Part shown: positions 26,136 through 34,352 of the stretch, in pieces
How positions within the stretch are numbered: the first letter of the stretch is position 1
Layout: the number at the start of each line of letters is the position of its first letter
IMG/VR virus record: IMGVR_UViG_3300011335_000237
Span: 1 to 34,352 of that record
Strand: one strand, 5' to 3'
DNA length: 34,352 nt
Source: a virus
Lineage: Duplodnaviria > Caudoviricetes
The notes under the pieces: model-generated
Told to the model about the DNA's origin: nothing
Databases searched by the model: none
Seen by the model: the letters and a program-made list of their open reading frames with translations, nothing else
Translations under genes and position numbers: made by a program

Positions 26136-26761
26136 GGATAGGAATCTGCGTTCCGGCAAGAGGCCAAGTAGAAATATCCACATCGTTTGATTTATCAGCA
26201 TTAGTTAATTACACAGCAAAGAATACAAAGCACGATATTAACCTATACACATCTACAGGCACATTGATATTCGATCAACGCAATGCGTTAGTAGACTCTG
26301 TTATCAATGAGCGTTGCGATTACCTAATGTTTATAGATGCTGATATGCGCTTTCCAAAAGATGCGCTTATTCGGCTTTTAAAGCATAATAAAGACATTGT
26401 TGGCGTAAATGCTACTACTCGCTCAGAGCCAGTAAAGCCTACTGCCAAAAACATTAACTATGAGGAAGATGGTTCTGTATCTTGGCTGCCTGTTTATTCC
26501 AATACTAAAAAAGGAATAGAGAAGGTAGATGCCATAGGATGCGGTGTCATTCTCATTAAAAACTCTGTATTCAAGAAGATGGAAAAGCCTTACTTCTACT
26601 TTGAGCAATTGCCAAATGGGAAGTTATTGGGCGAGGATATTTACTTTTGCATTAAAGCAAAAGATGCAGGAATAGACACTTATGTGGATCACGATCTCTC
26701 AATGGAGATAGGTCATATAGGTAATTACACATACGGCTGGCATAATATTGAGGTGTCCTAA
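26132..26761 (+). CDS. GT-A fold glycosyltransferase within the structural operon
   Basis: RNALV, YLMFIDADM (DxD), GCGVILI, GEDIYFC, IGHIG motifs. Confidence 0.82.
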   Translation: MRIGICVPARGQVEISTSFDLSALVNYTAKNTKHDINLYTSTGTLIFDQRNALVDSVINERCDYLMFIDADMRFPKDALIRLLKHNKDIVGVNATTRSEPVKPTAKNINYEEDGSVSWLPVYSNTKKGIEKVDAIGCGVILIKNSVFKKMEKPYFYFEQLPNGKLLGEDIYFCIKAKDAGIDTYVDHDLSMEIGHIGNYTYGWHNIEVS

Positions 26762-27381
26762 TGGGCTTTGCAACATACACAGAACTAAAGACTTCGATAG
26801 CAAGCTATCTAGGGCGATCAGATTTGACTGCGGTCATTCCTGACTTTATTACCTTTGCAGAGATTCGCCTGGCAAGAGAGATTCGTACTCGCCAAACCCT
26901 TAAGTCTGCTACAGCAACAATGACATCTGGTGATTCTACTGTTGGTCTGCCTACAGACTTCTTAGAGATGAGAGATATATTTACTCAAGGCAATCCAAGA
27001 AACACTATTAGCTATTTATCGCCTTCTTTGTTTTCTCGTAACGCTAGAGCTGGTGAGTCTGGTCTGCCGGTGTACTACACCATTATTGGTGATGAGATCC
27101 AGTTTGCTCCTGTACCAGATTCAGCTTATGTATTAGAAATGCTCTACTACTACAAGCCAACACCATTATCTACAAGTGTTGCCTCTAATGCGTATCTAGC
27201 TAATTTCCCAGATGCTTTGCTTTATGCATCTTTAGCAGAGGCAGAGCCTTATCTTATGAACGATGCCAGAGTGCAAACTTGGGCTACCTTATACGATAGA
27301 GCTACTTCTGATATTAACGGCTCAGACGAAAGCTCAGAGTACGCTGGAGTACCACTAACAATGCAATTAACATCACGATAG
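26761..27381 (+). CDS. Head-tail adaptor/connector protein
   Basis: TYTELKTSIASYLGRSDL...PDALLYASLAEA pattern; position after capsid. Confidence 0.75.
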   Translation: MGFATYTELKTSIASYLGRSDLTAVIPDFITFAEIRLAREIRTRQTLKSATATMTSGDSTVGLPTDFLEMRDIFTQGNPRNTISYLSPSLFSRNARAGESGLPVYYTIIGDEIQFAPVPDSAYVLEMLYYYKPTPLSTSVASNAYLANFPDALLYASLAEAEPYLMNDARVQTWATLYDRATSDINGSDESSEYAGVPLTMQLTSR

Positions 27382-27388
27382 GAAAATC

Positions 27389-27778
27389 ATGTCTGCAATC
27401 TCAAACTACCTAGAGAACGCATTATTAAACGCTACTCTACGAAATACTACTTATACATCCCCAGCTACAGTTTATGCTGGTCTGTTTACTACTGACCCAA
27501 CAGATGCTGGAACAGGATCAGAAGTAAGCGGTGGATCTTATGCTCGTAAGGCCATTACTTTTGCTGCTCCATCTAACGGAGTAACAACTAACTCTGCTGC
27601 TGCTTGTGAGTTTGACCAGGCTACAGGATCATGGGGAACAATTACTCACTTTGGTATTTTTGATGCGCTTACTACTGGCAATCTTCTTTATTATGGTGCG
27701 CTAACTACATCTAAGACCATTGCAAGTGGCGATGTATTTAAGTTTGCTACCTCTAGCGTAACAGTAACTTTAGCTTAA
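27389..27778 (+). CDS. Virion structural protein (fibre-associated)
   Basis: SNYLENALLN, EVSGGSYAR, WGTITHFGIFDA...GNLL motifs. Confidence 0.7.
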   Translation: MSAISNYLENALLNATLRNTTYTSPATVYAGLFTTDPTDAGTGSEVSGGSYARKAITFAAPSNGVTTNSAAACEFDQATGSWGTITHFGIFDALTTGNLLYYGALTTSKTIASGDVFKFATSSVTVTLA

Positions 27779-27779
27779 T

Positions 27780-28388
27780 ATGTCTACGATAGTTACCAGA
27801 AGTGGTAAAGGATCGCCTCTATCTCATGTAGAAGTAGATGCTAATTTTACAAATCTAAACACAGATAAAATTCAGTCTGGAAATACTGTTGCTGCGCTAA
27901 CTATTACTTCTGCAACTGTTACAGATTTAGCTGTTACAGGCATTACTAGCTTTGATGGCGCACAAGGAACTGCTGGTCAAGTATTAACTTCTGCTGGTAC
28001 AGGCAATACTCCTACTTGGGCTACAGTATCAGGGTCTATATCGGTAACTGGTGGAGATTTAACTTTATCTGGTAATACTGGTACTGCAATCACTAATGCA
28101 ACTCTAGCAACAGTCAATAGCAATACAGGCTCATTCGGTAGTTCTAGCTCCATTCCAGTCATTACAGTAAATGGTAAGGGATTGATTACTGCGGTATCTA
28201 CATCTGCTGTAGCTGGTGGTCAATACTTTGGCTCTGCTGCTACAAAAGCTATTGCGTATAACTCTACAAGTATTGCAGAAAATATTACAACAACATCTGG
28301 TAATAATTGTTTATCTGTTGGTCCTATTACAATCGCATCAGGTTACTCTGTAACTGTTGCATCAGGTCAAAGGTGGTTAGTCTTATGA
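27780..28388 (+). CDS. Tail fibre-like structural protein
   Basis: EVDANFTNLN N-terminus, GTAGQVLTS, Thr/Ser/Gly-rich, SVGPITI...W C-terminus. Confidence 0.7.
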   Translation: MSTIVTRSGKGSPLSHVEVDANFTNLNTDKIQSGNTVAALTITSATVTDLAVTGITSFDGAQGTAGQVLTSAGTGNTPTWATVSGSISVTGGDLTLSGNTGTAITNATLATVNSNTGSFGSSSSIPVITVNGKGLITAVSTSAVAGGQYFGSAATKAIAYNSTSIAENITTTSGNNCLSVGPITIASGYSVTVASGQRWLVL

Positions 28389-28930
28389 GTTCAGTAATCA
28401 TAAGTGGGGATACATCAGGTGCTATTACTTTAGCTGCTCCAGCCGTAGCTGGTACTAATACTTTAACTTTACCAGCAAGTACAGGCACAATATTGACTAC
28501 TGGTAGTCCACAATCAGGCGGTGTTATTCAAGTTGTTAATGCTACTTATTCAACACAAATAAATACATCAGGTGCTACCTTTATTGATACAGGATTAATT
28601 GCTTCCATTACTCCTAAATTTTCTACAAGTAAAGTTCTTTGTATTGTCAATATGGTTGGAGTTGGAAAAGACACAACAAATACATGGGCATCTTTTAAAC
28701 TTGTTAGAGGTTCAACAACAATAATTACTTTTGAAGCACAAGCTGGGTGGTCTGGAACAACTAGTTCAAACGGAGTAGGCGGTGTTTCAACTAATTATTT
28801 AGATTCCCCAGCAACTACATCAGCAACAACATATAAAGTCCAATATGCCAATCAAATTGGAACTGGTAATGTATATGCTCAATTAGCAAATGCTTCATCT
28901 ACTATTACATTAATGGAGATTGCACAATGA
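28385..28930 (+). CDS. Fibre/receptor-binding module 1
   Basis: Likely start 28385 (MSSVIISGDTSG); ITPKFSTSKVL, LDSPATTSATTYKVQ, ITLMEIA. Confidence 0.7.
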   Translation: MSSVIISGDTSGAITLAAPAVAGTNTLTLPASTGTILTTGSPQSGGVIQVVNATYSTQINTSGATFIDTGLIASITPKFSTSKVLCIVNMVGVGKDTTNTWASFKLVRGSTTIITFEAQAGWSGTTSSNGVGGVSTNYLDSPATTSATTYKVQYANQIGTGNVYAQLANASSTITLMEIAQ

Positions 28931-29169
28931 TTTCTTATGTTGAATTAGTGCAAGCACTAAAAAAACTATATCCACAAGTAGTCAGCACTATTGGAGATTC
29001 TGCTTACGATGCCAACGGAAATGAAGTAGTTTACGACCTACAAGCGGTAACTGTACAAGCTGAATCTGATGCACAAACTATCATTGATATTAAGAGTTCT
29101 GCATTAGCAAAACTTTCAGCATTAGGTTTAACAACAGACGAAGTTAAAGCACTATTAGGAACTGCATAA
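28927..29169 (+). CDS. Small fibre partner/chaperone 1
   Basis: 80 aa; C-terminus paralogous to 31005-31217. Confidence 0.65.
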   Translation: MISYVELVQALKKLYPQVVSTIGDSAYDANGNEVVYDLQAVTVQAESDAQTIIDIKSSALAKLSALGLTTDEVKALLGTA

Positions 29170-30275
29170 TGCCATACGGAACAGTAAACGCAGATACGCT
29201 AGTAACTAGCACAAGCGGTGGCATATTAGGTGCTGGTAATGCCAGTATTATGAAGAATCGCATTATCAATGGTGCGATGGTTATTGACCAAAGAGCAACA
29301 TCAATTTCGGCTACTGGATATAGTGTTGATAGATGGAGAATCTACAATGCGGCTTCTTCTAAAATGACTGCCGCACAATCATCTACTGCGCCAACAGGAT
29401 TTAGTAAATCTTTATTGCTTACTTCTACTTCTGCTTTTACTATTCCAGCAAATTATGATGGATGGATGGCTCAACAATATATTGAAGGATTTAATACTGC
29501 TGATTTAATGTGGGGAACTGCTAACGCTAAAACAGTTACCTTATCATTTTGGGTTTACTCAAGCCTTACTGGTACTTTTGGTGGTTCTATTGCTAATAGT
29601 GCTGGTAATCGTTCTTATCCATTTAGTTACACAATTAATTCTGCAAATACTTGGGAATACGAAACCATAACTATTGCTGGTGATACATCAGGAACTTGGA
29701 TAGGTGCAACAAACGGAATTGGGTTAAAAGTTAATCTTTCTGTTGGCATGGGTTCTGACTATATTAATACTGCTGGTGCATGGGCAACAGGAGAATATTA
29801 TTCTGTAGCTGGTGCAACATCAATCATCGGCACTAATGGTGCGACATGGTATTTAACTGGAGTTCAACTAGAAGTAGGTAGTTCTGCTACTGGTTATGAA
29901 TACGAGAACTACACTTCACTTTTAAATAAATGTTATCGCTATTTCCAATCTATTGCTTACACAGACCAAACGATTGTTTCAACAGGAACGGCAGATGGTA
30001 CAAGTGGTTGTCAAGCACCTATTAATCTTTTACAAACAATGAGAACTGCTCCAACGATTACTTTGCCTACTGTTGCAAAAACAACAGGAACTCAAGCATT
30101 TTTAACTTCAGGTGGAACTTACCCCACAACCGTTGGAACTCATACAACTCCTAGCATTTCTGTAAATCAATTTAGAATAAATGCGTCAGGCTATACTGCT
30201 GCATTTGTTCAAGGAAATGCAACTTGGTTATATAGCACAGGCTCAACAACAATTTCTGCATCTGCGGAGTTATAA
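29169..30275 (+). CDS. Fibre/receptor-binding module 2 with carbohydrate-binding-like domain
   Basis: KNRIINGAMVIDQR, VDRW, TLSFWV, GVQLEVGSSAT, CYRYF, MRTAPT, SAEL end. Confidence 0.75.
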   Translation: MPYGTVNADTLVTSTSGGILGAGNASIMKNRIINGAMVIDQRATSISATGYSVDRWRIYNAASSKMTAAQSSTAPTGFSKSLLLTSTSAFTIPANYDGWMAQQYIEGFNTADLMWGTANAKTVTLSFWVYSSLTGTFGGSIANSAGNRSYPFSYTINSANTWEYETITIAGDTSGTWIGATNGIGLKVNLSVGMGSDYINTAGAWATGEYYSVAGATSIIGTNGATWYLTGVQLEVGSSATGYEYENYTSLLNKCYRYFQSIAYTDQTIVSTGTADGTSGCQAPINLLQTMRTAPTITLPTVAKTTGTQAFLTSGGTYPTTVGTHTTPSISVNQFRINASGYTAAFVQGNATWLYSTGSTTISASAEL

Positions 30276-30276
30276 A

Positions 30277-30444
30277 ATGTATAAATTACTACCACAACAA
30301 CAAACACCTAGCGGATTAGTAGATGCAAATGTAATTTTGCGTATTGCTGATAACGCATTTATACCTATGTCTTTAGGAAACACAGACTACCAAGCCTACC
30401 TAAAATGGGTAGAAGAAGGTAACACACCACAGGAAGCAGAATAA
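30277..30444 (+). CDS. Small fibre partner/chaperone 2
   Basis: Likely start 30277 (MYKLL); FIP...NTDYQAYLKWVEEGNTP motif. Confidence 0.7.
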   Translation: MYKLLPQQQTPSGLVDANVILRIADNAFIPMSLGNTDYQAYLKWVEEGNTPQEAE

Positions 30445-31001
30445 TGGCTATAACAATTGACGGAACTGCTGGTATTACCTTTCCTAATAGCACCACACAA
30501 TCAGGCGGTGGTTTAGTAGTAGGTTCTGCAAGTGCTATTACTGCTGGTACTTCTGTAGCTTCTACATCAGGAACAAGTATTGACTTTAATAGCATCCCTA
30601 GCTGGGTTAAGCGTGTAACTGTAATGTTTAGTGGTGTAAGTACAAGTGGAATTTCTGTGCCTTGGTTAATTCAAATTGGTCCGTCAGGGGGAGTAGAAAC
30701 AACTGGTTATTTAAGTTCAGCTAGTGGAAGCACAAATGTAATAAATAGCACAACTGGTTTTGCAATATATGTTGATAATTCTGCTGCCACTATTGTTGGT
30801 GGTGCAATAACTTTGTTGTTATTAAATTCATCAACAAATTTATGGAGTGCAACTGGTGAATTTGGACAATCAAACAGAGCTTATATGATTACACTAGGTG
30901 GTTCAAAAGCAATAGCAGGCAGTCTTTCTACAATAAAAATTAAAGCTACTAACGGCACAGATACATTTGATGCTGGTTCAATCAACATTCTTTACGAGTA
31001 A
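30444..31001 (+). CDS. Fibre/receptor-binding module 3
   Basis: IDGTAGITFP, SGTSIDFNSIPSWVKR, FDAGSINILYE. Confidence 0.7.
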   Translation: MAITIDGTAGITFPNSTTQSGGGLVVGSASAITAGTSVASTSGTSIDFNSIPSWVKRVTVMFSGVSTSGISVPWLIQIGPSGGVETTGYLSSASGSTNVINSTTGFAIYVDNSAATIVGGAITLLLLNSSTNLWSATGEFGQSNRAYMITLGGSKAIAGSLSTIKIKATNGTDTFDAGSINILYE

Positions 31002-31004
31002 CTT

Positions 31005-31217
31005 ATGGACAAAATTGAAATTAGCGTAGATGTTATTACTGGTGAAATAACTCAAACAGTAAGCCAATTTACTGCGGAAGAACTTGCCTATTCTGCACAA
31101 GTAACTGCACAAGCACAAGCGGATGCACAAGCAGTCATTGATACAAAGGCTTCAGCACTAGCAAAACTAACTGCATTGGGTTTAACCCAAGCTGAAGTAA
31201 CTGCATTGGTAGGCTAA
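31005..31217 (+). CDS. Small fibre partner/chaperone 3
   Basis: 70 aa; KASALAKLTALGLT shared with 28927-29169. Confidence 0.65.
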   Translation: MDKIEISVDVITGEITQTVSQFTAEELAYSAQVTAQAQADAQAVIDTKASALAKLTALGLTQAEVTALVG

Positions 31218-31762
31218 TGGCATACGCAGACCAATATGTAGAGTATGGATACTGGGAATATATCTATGCAGCAGGAGATGTATTAGCTACAGATGGTGCT
31301 GGATCTATTGATGGCATAGGTACAGTTAGCGGAAGTCCTATTGCAATTTTATCTGGCATTGGCTCGATCAACGGAGTTGGTACTACATCTGCATTAGGTA
31401 TTAGAGTACAAAATGGCGAAGTTTCCATTAATGGAGTTGGTACAGTAGATGCTGTAGCTATTCGGATACAAAACGCTGAAGGCTCTGTAATTGGTGTTGG
31501 AACGATTACAGGATTAGGCGGTATTGTTGCTAGTGCTAATGGATCTATTATTGGCATTGGAACTGTTGATGCAAACGGCAATGCAGTATTCTCTGGAAAC
31601 GCCTCAATTCTAGGCATAGCCTCTATAATTGCTATTGGATACAGGATTGGAGAGGAATGGAGTAATTCTTCTACAGGCTCTAATACATGGACAGATGCAA
31701 GCGTTACAAGTAACTCTTGGACAGACAAAACAACGGGAAGTAATACATGGCTACCTCAATAG
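31217..31762 (+). CDS. Repeat-containing virion protein
   Basis: Six 20-aa repeats and three to four 10-aa Trp repeats. Confidence 0.7.
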   Translation: MAYADQYVEYGYWEYIYAAGDVLATDGAGSIDGIGTVSGSPIAILSGIGSINGVGTTSALGIRVQNGEVSINGVGTVDAVAIRIQNAEGSVIGVGTITGLGGIVASANGSIIGIGTVDANGNAVFSGNASILGIASIIAIGYRIGEEWSNSSTGSNTWTDASVTSNSWTDKTTGSNTWLPQ

Positions 31763-33171
31763 TAGAATTTGGCGAATGGCTACCAGACCAAGCTGGAATA
31801 ACTGGCTCTATACAGGATGCCTATAATGTTGTTCCCCAGGCAGTAGGATATGGCCCATTCCCAGAAATAGTAGACCTTTCGGCAGCAGCAGATACAAGCC
31901 TTAACAATGTATTCGTAACCAAGTATGGTGGAACTACTACGCTATTTGCTGGTAGCTTTACTAAGTTATATAAATACAATTCTTCTACATTAGCATTAGC
32001 CAATGTGTCTAAGTCTGGAAACTACACAGGCACAAATCGTTGGATGTTTACCCAGTTTGGGCCATCACTTATTGCTGCTAACGGAGTAGCAAAGCTCCAA
32101 GTATTTAATCTAGGTAGTTCATCATTATTTGCTGATTTAGCTGCTGCTGCCCCTACTGCTAAATTTGTAACTACAGTACGAGATTTTGTAGTGGCTGCTA
32201 ATGTGGCAGGAGAAGAAAACAAAGTCTATTGGTCTGATATTAACGATGAGGCAGATTGGACTGCTAGTGCTACAAGCCAATCAGATGACCAAGTTCTTCC
32301 TGATGGTGGAGATATTCGTGGCATTACAGGCGGTGAATATGGCCTAGTCTTGCTAGAAAGAGCCATCTCAAGGATGTCTTATGTAGGTGCGCCACTATTC
32401 TTCCAATTCGATACTATTGCTAAAAATATTGGGTGCTATGAGTCTAACTCTGTAGCCCAGTTTGGAAACCTAACATTCTTCCTATCAGACGATGGATTCT
32501 ATGTCTGTGATGGGCAAACAGTTACCCCTATTGGCGCAGAAAAGATAGATCGTTTTTTCTTTAATGCTGTAGATCAATCTAAATTAAACGAGATGAGTTC
32601 TACAATAGATGTAATCCGTAAGTTAGTCATCTGGCAATTTACCGACATCTTTGCCCAAAAGCGTCTTATTATTTACAATTTTCAGACTAAAAAATGGTCT
32701 GAGGCAACAACTGACTCTAGCTACTTAGGTAGCGCAGCACAAGCTGGCGTAACCCTAGAAGGCTTAGACACCTTTGGAACAATGGATACTATTGAAACTT
32801 CTTTTGATAGCCGTCTATGGGCTGGCGGTAAGTTTGTTCTTGCTGGCGTAAAAGATACCAAAATTGTTACTTTTACTGGGGCTAATAAGTCTGGCTACAT
32901 TACTACAGGCGATCTAGGTAACGGCAATCAGTCAATCATTATGTTAGCCAAGCCAAAGGTAGATAATGGTTCTGCAAGCGTTTCTGTAGCCTCTAGAGCG
33001 TTATTAAACGAAGTCCCTAGCTTTGGTACTGCCGTAGCAGCAGATAGCGAGAATAGGGCATCTCTGCGCTCTGGTGGCAAATACCATAGAGTAAGGGTTT
33101 CCCCTACAGGATCTAACTGGAAAACGGCTGCTGGTGTAGAGATCGACTTAGTGCAACAGGGCGGTAGATAA
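31747..33171 (+). CDS. Tail nozzle/stabilisation protein (P22 gp10/T7 gp12 position)
   Basis: 474 aa beta-rich, FGEWLPDQ start, VYWSDIND and IGCYESNSV motifs. Confidence 0.75.
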   Translation: MATSIVEFGEWLPDQAGITGSIQDAYNVVPQAVGYGPFPEIVDLSAAADTSLNNVFVTKYGGTTTLFAGSFTKLYKYNSSTLALANVSKSGNYTGTNRWMFTQFGPSLIAANGVAKLQVFNLGSSSLFADLAAAAPTAKFVTTVRDFVVAANVAGEENKVYWSDINDEADWTASATSQSDDQVLPDGGDIRGITGGEYGLVLLERAISRMSYVGAPLFFQFDTIAKNIGCYESNSVAQFGNLTFFLSDDGFYVCDGQTVTPIGAEKIDRFFFNAVDQSKLNEMSSTIDVIRKLVIWQFTDIFAQKRLIIYNFQTKKWSEATTDSSYLGSAAQAGVTLEGLDTFGTMDTIETSFDSRLWAGGKFVLAGVKDTKIVTFTGANKSGYITTGDLGNGNQSIIMLAKPKVDNGSASVSVASRALLNEVPSFGTAVAADSENRASLRSGGKYHRVRVSPTGSNWKTAAGVEIDLVQQGGR

Positions 33172-33950
33172 TGTTTCGTAGACTTCCCCCTGCTGGTGGC
33201 GATCAACGAGCTGTAGCTGAGATCGTCAATGGCATGATGGATGGTAAGACCAACAATACTGGCACTATCACATTAGCCACAGGAAACGCAACAACTACCA
33301 CTATTAGTGATCCTAGAATAAGTAGAGATTCTATGATATTGTTAGTGCCTAAGTCGGCTGCTGCTTTTGCCGATACTGCGCCTTATGGAGCGTTCCAAAG
33401 CCTAGTAGATCAAACTATTGCAAGCACTACTACTGCTTATGCAATGACCCTAGATACTACCGACTATACAAACGGAGTCTATCTTTCTAATAGTTCTAGG
33501 ATGAATGTTAGAAACGCTGGTATCTACAATTTGCAATGGTCTGGACAGTTTGAGAATACAGATACAGCCGATCACGATGTTTATATTTGGTTAAGAAAAA
33601 ATGGCACAGATGTTGTAGCCTCTAGTGGACTTATTTCTATTCCTGGCAAACATGGATCAATTTCTGGACATACTATTGGTGGATGGAATTTCTTTCTAGA
33701 GCTGGCTGCAAGCGATTACATAGAATTATATTGGTCATCAGACAGTACAACTGTTTCTCTACAATTTTATGCAGCAGGATCAAGCCCTACAAAGCCATCT
33801 ACAGCATCTCTTATTACAACAGTACAGTATGTAGCCCCTAATTCTTTAGATAATGTGTATGTCAGCGCACAGACAAATGGCAGCGCAACACTTACCCATT
33901 TTGCCAATTCAACGGCTAGTAAAACTTATGGATATGTCATTGTTGGATAA
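33171..33950 (+). CDS. Tail-associated protein with internal C1q/BclA-C-like beta domain
   Basis: YGAF...NAGIYNLQWSGQF...IWLRKNG...DYIELYW pattern. Confidence 0.6.
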   Translation: MFRRLPPAGGDQRAVAEIVNGMMDGKTNNTGTITLATGNATTTTISDPRISRDSMILLVPKSAAAFADTAPYGAFQSLVDQTIASTTTAYAMTLDTTDYTNGVYLSNSSRMNVRNAGIYNLQWSGQFENTDTADHDVYIWLRKNGTDVVASSGLISIPGKHGSISGHTIGGWNFFLELAASDYIELYWSSDSTTVSLQFYAAGSSPTKPSTASLITTVQYVAPNSLDNVYVSAQTNGSATLTHFANSTASKTYGYVIVG

Positions 33951-33987
33951 TTACCACTTTTCTACCAATTGTAGGTAAAATTATGGT

Positions 33988-34257
33988 ATGCAAAAAATCT
34001 ATGTGAAACCAGAGGATTTGAGGCTGTACTGGGATTATGTTAGAAAAGGTTTATTAAAGATTTTAAGTAAGACTCCTGAGGGGTGGATTCCTGAGGATGT
34101 ATATGTAGAATGTTTCAATAATAAGGCTCTTTTATGGGCTTTCTCGCAGGACAACCGAATAGTAGGATTCTCGGTTCTGCAACCCCAAGGCGATAATCTA
34201 CATATATGGTGTTCTTATTTTGAGCATAACCTTGATCCATGTTGGCAAGCTCTATAG
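33988..34257 (+). CDS. 5' part of junction-spanning gene; truncated in this copy by a 1-nt deletion
   Basis: CTATAG here versus CTATTAG in the left repeat copy, which reads through to 306. Confidence 0.75.
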   Translation: MQKIYVKPEDLRLYWDYVRKGLLKILSKTPEGWIPEDVYVECFNNKALLWAFSQDNRIVGFSVLQPQGDNLHIWCSYFEHNLDPCWQAL

Positions 34258-34352
34258 AGATAGCCAAGGCTGGTGGAGCAAGTACAGTAACTTTTGACTC
34301 TCATCGCAAAGGGTGGGATGTGATAGCACGAAAATATGGGTTTAGACTTAGA
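34069..34352. repeat. Terminal direct repeat, right copy
   Basis: Matches 1-285. Confidence 0.95.

Noticed and set aside
29047-31214. Diversity-generating retroelement TR/VR pair
   Set aside because: Mismatches are not adenine-specific and no reverse transcriptase is encoded
31264-31728. 154-aa antisense ORF, and other antisense ORFs over structural genes
   Set aside because: Shadow frames of well-supported + strand genes without RBS or motifs
31290-31762. CRISPR or TIGR-like array
   Set aside because: Periodicity is in-frame coding with synonymous variation; no constant repeat with unique spacers and no Cas or Nop-domain gene
33988-34257. Pseudogene
   Set aside because: The left repeat copy restores the full reading frame
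1-34352. Alternative genetic code
   Set aside because: Core genes are intact under the standard code and coding density is high

Overview
This window is an apparently complete, circularly permuted genome of a small tailed dsDNA phage. Unit length is about 34,068 bp, because bases 1-285 recur imperfectly at 34069-34352. Architecture is podovirus/P22-like: terminase, portal, scaffold, capsid, adaptor, fibres, nozzle, ejection proteins and lysis genes lie on the + strand. A leftward early operon carries Sak-type annealase, YqaJ exonuclease and SSB. A rightward operon carries Cro-like, resolvase-like, HNH, replication-initiator-like, Ref-like and Q-like genes. I recognised no integrase, CI repressor, DNA polymerase, primase, helicase, tRNA or CRISPR array. 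The most unexplained element is a ~195-nt non-coding, GC-rich, multi-stem structure (12202-12396). It overlaps the stop codon of an HNH nuclease gene and abuts an AT-rich palindromic tract, so it is a candidate novel ncRNA, HNH partner RNA or single-stranded origin. Other highlights are four GT-A glycosyltransferases in the late region, a HiPIP-like Cys protein, an inverted phosphoesterase plus Zn-protease cassette, three fibre/partner gene pairs, and several recurring regulatory motifs. All functional calls come from motif recognition by eye; no database searches were run.
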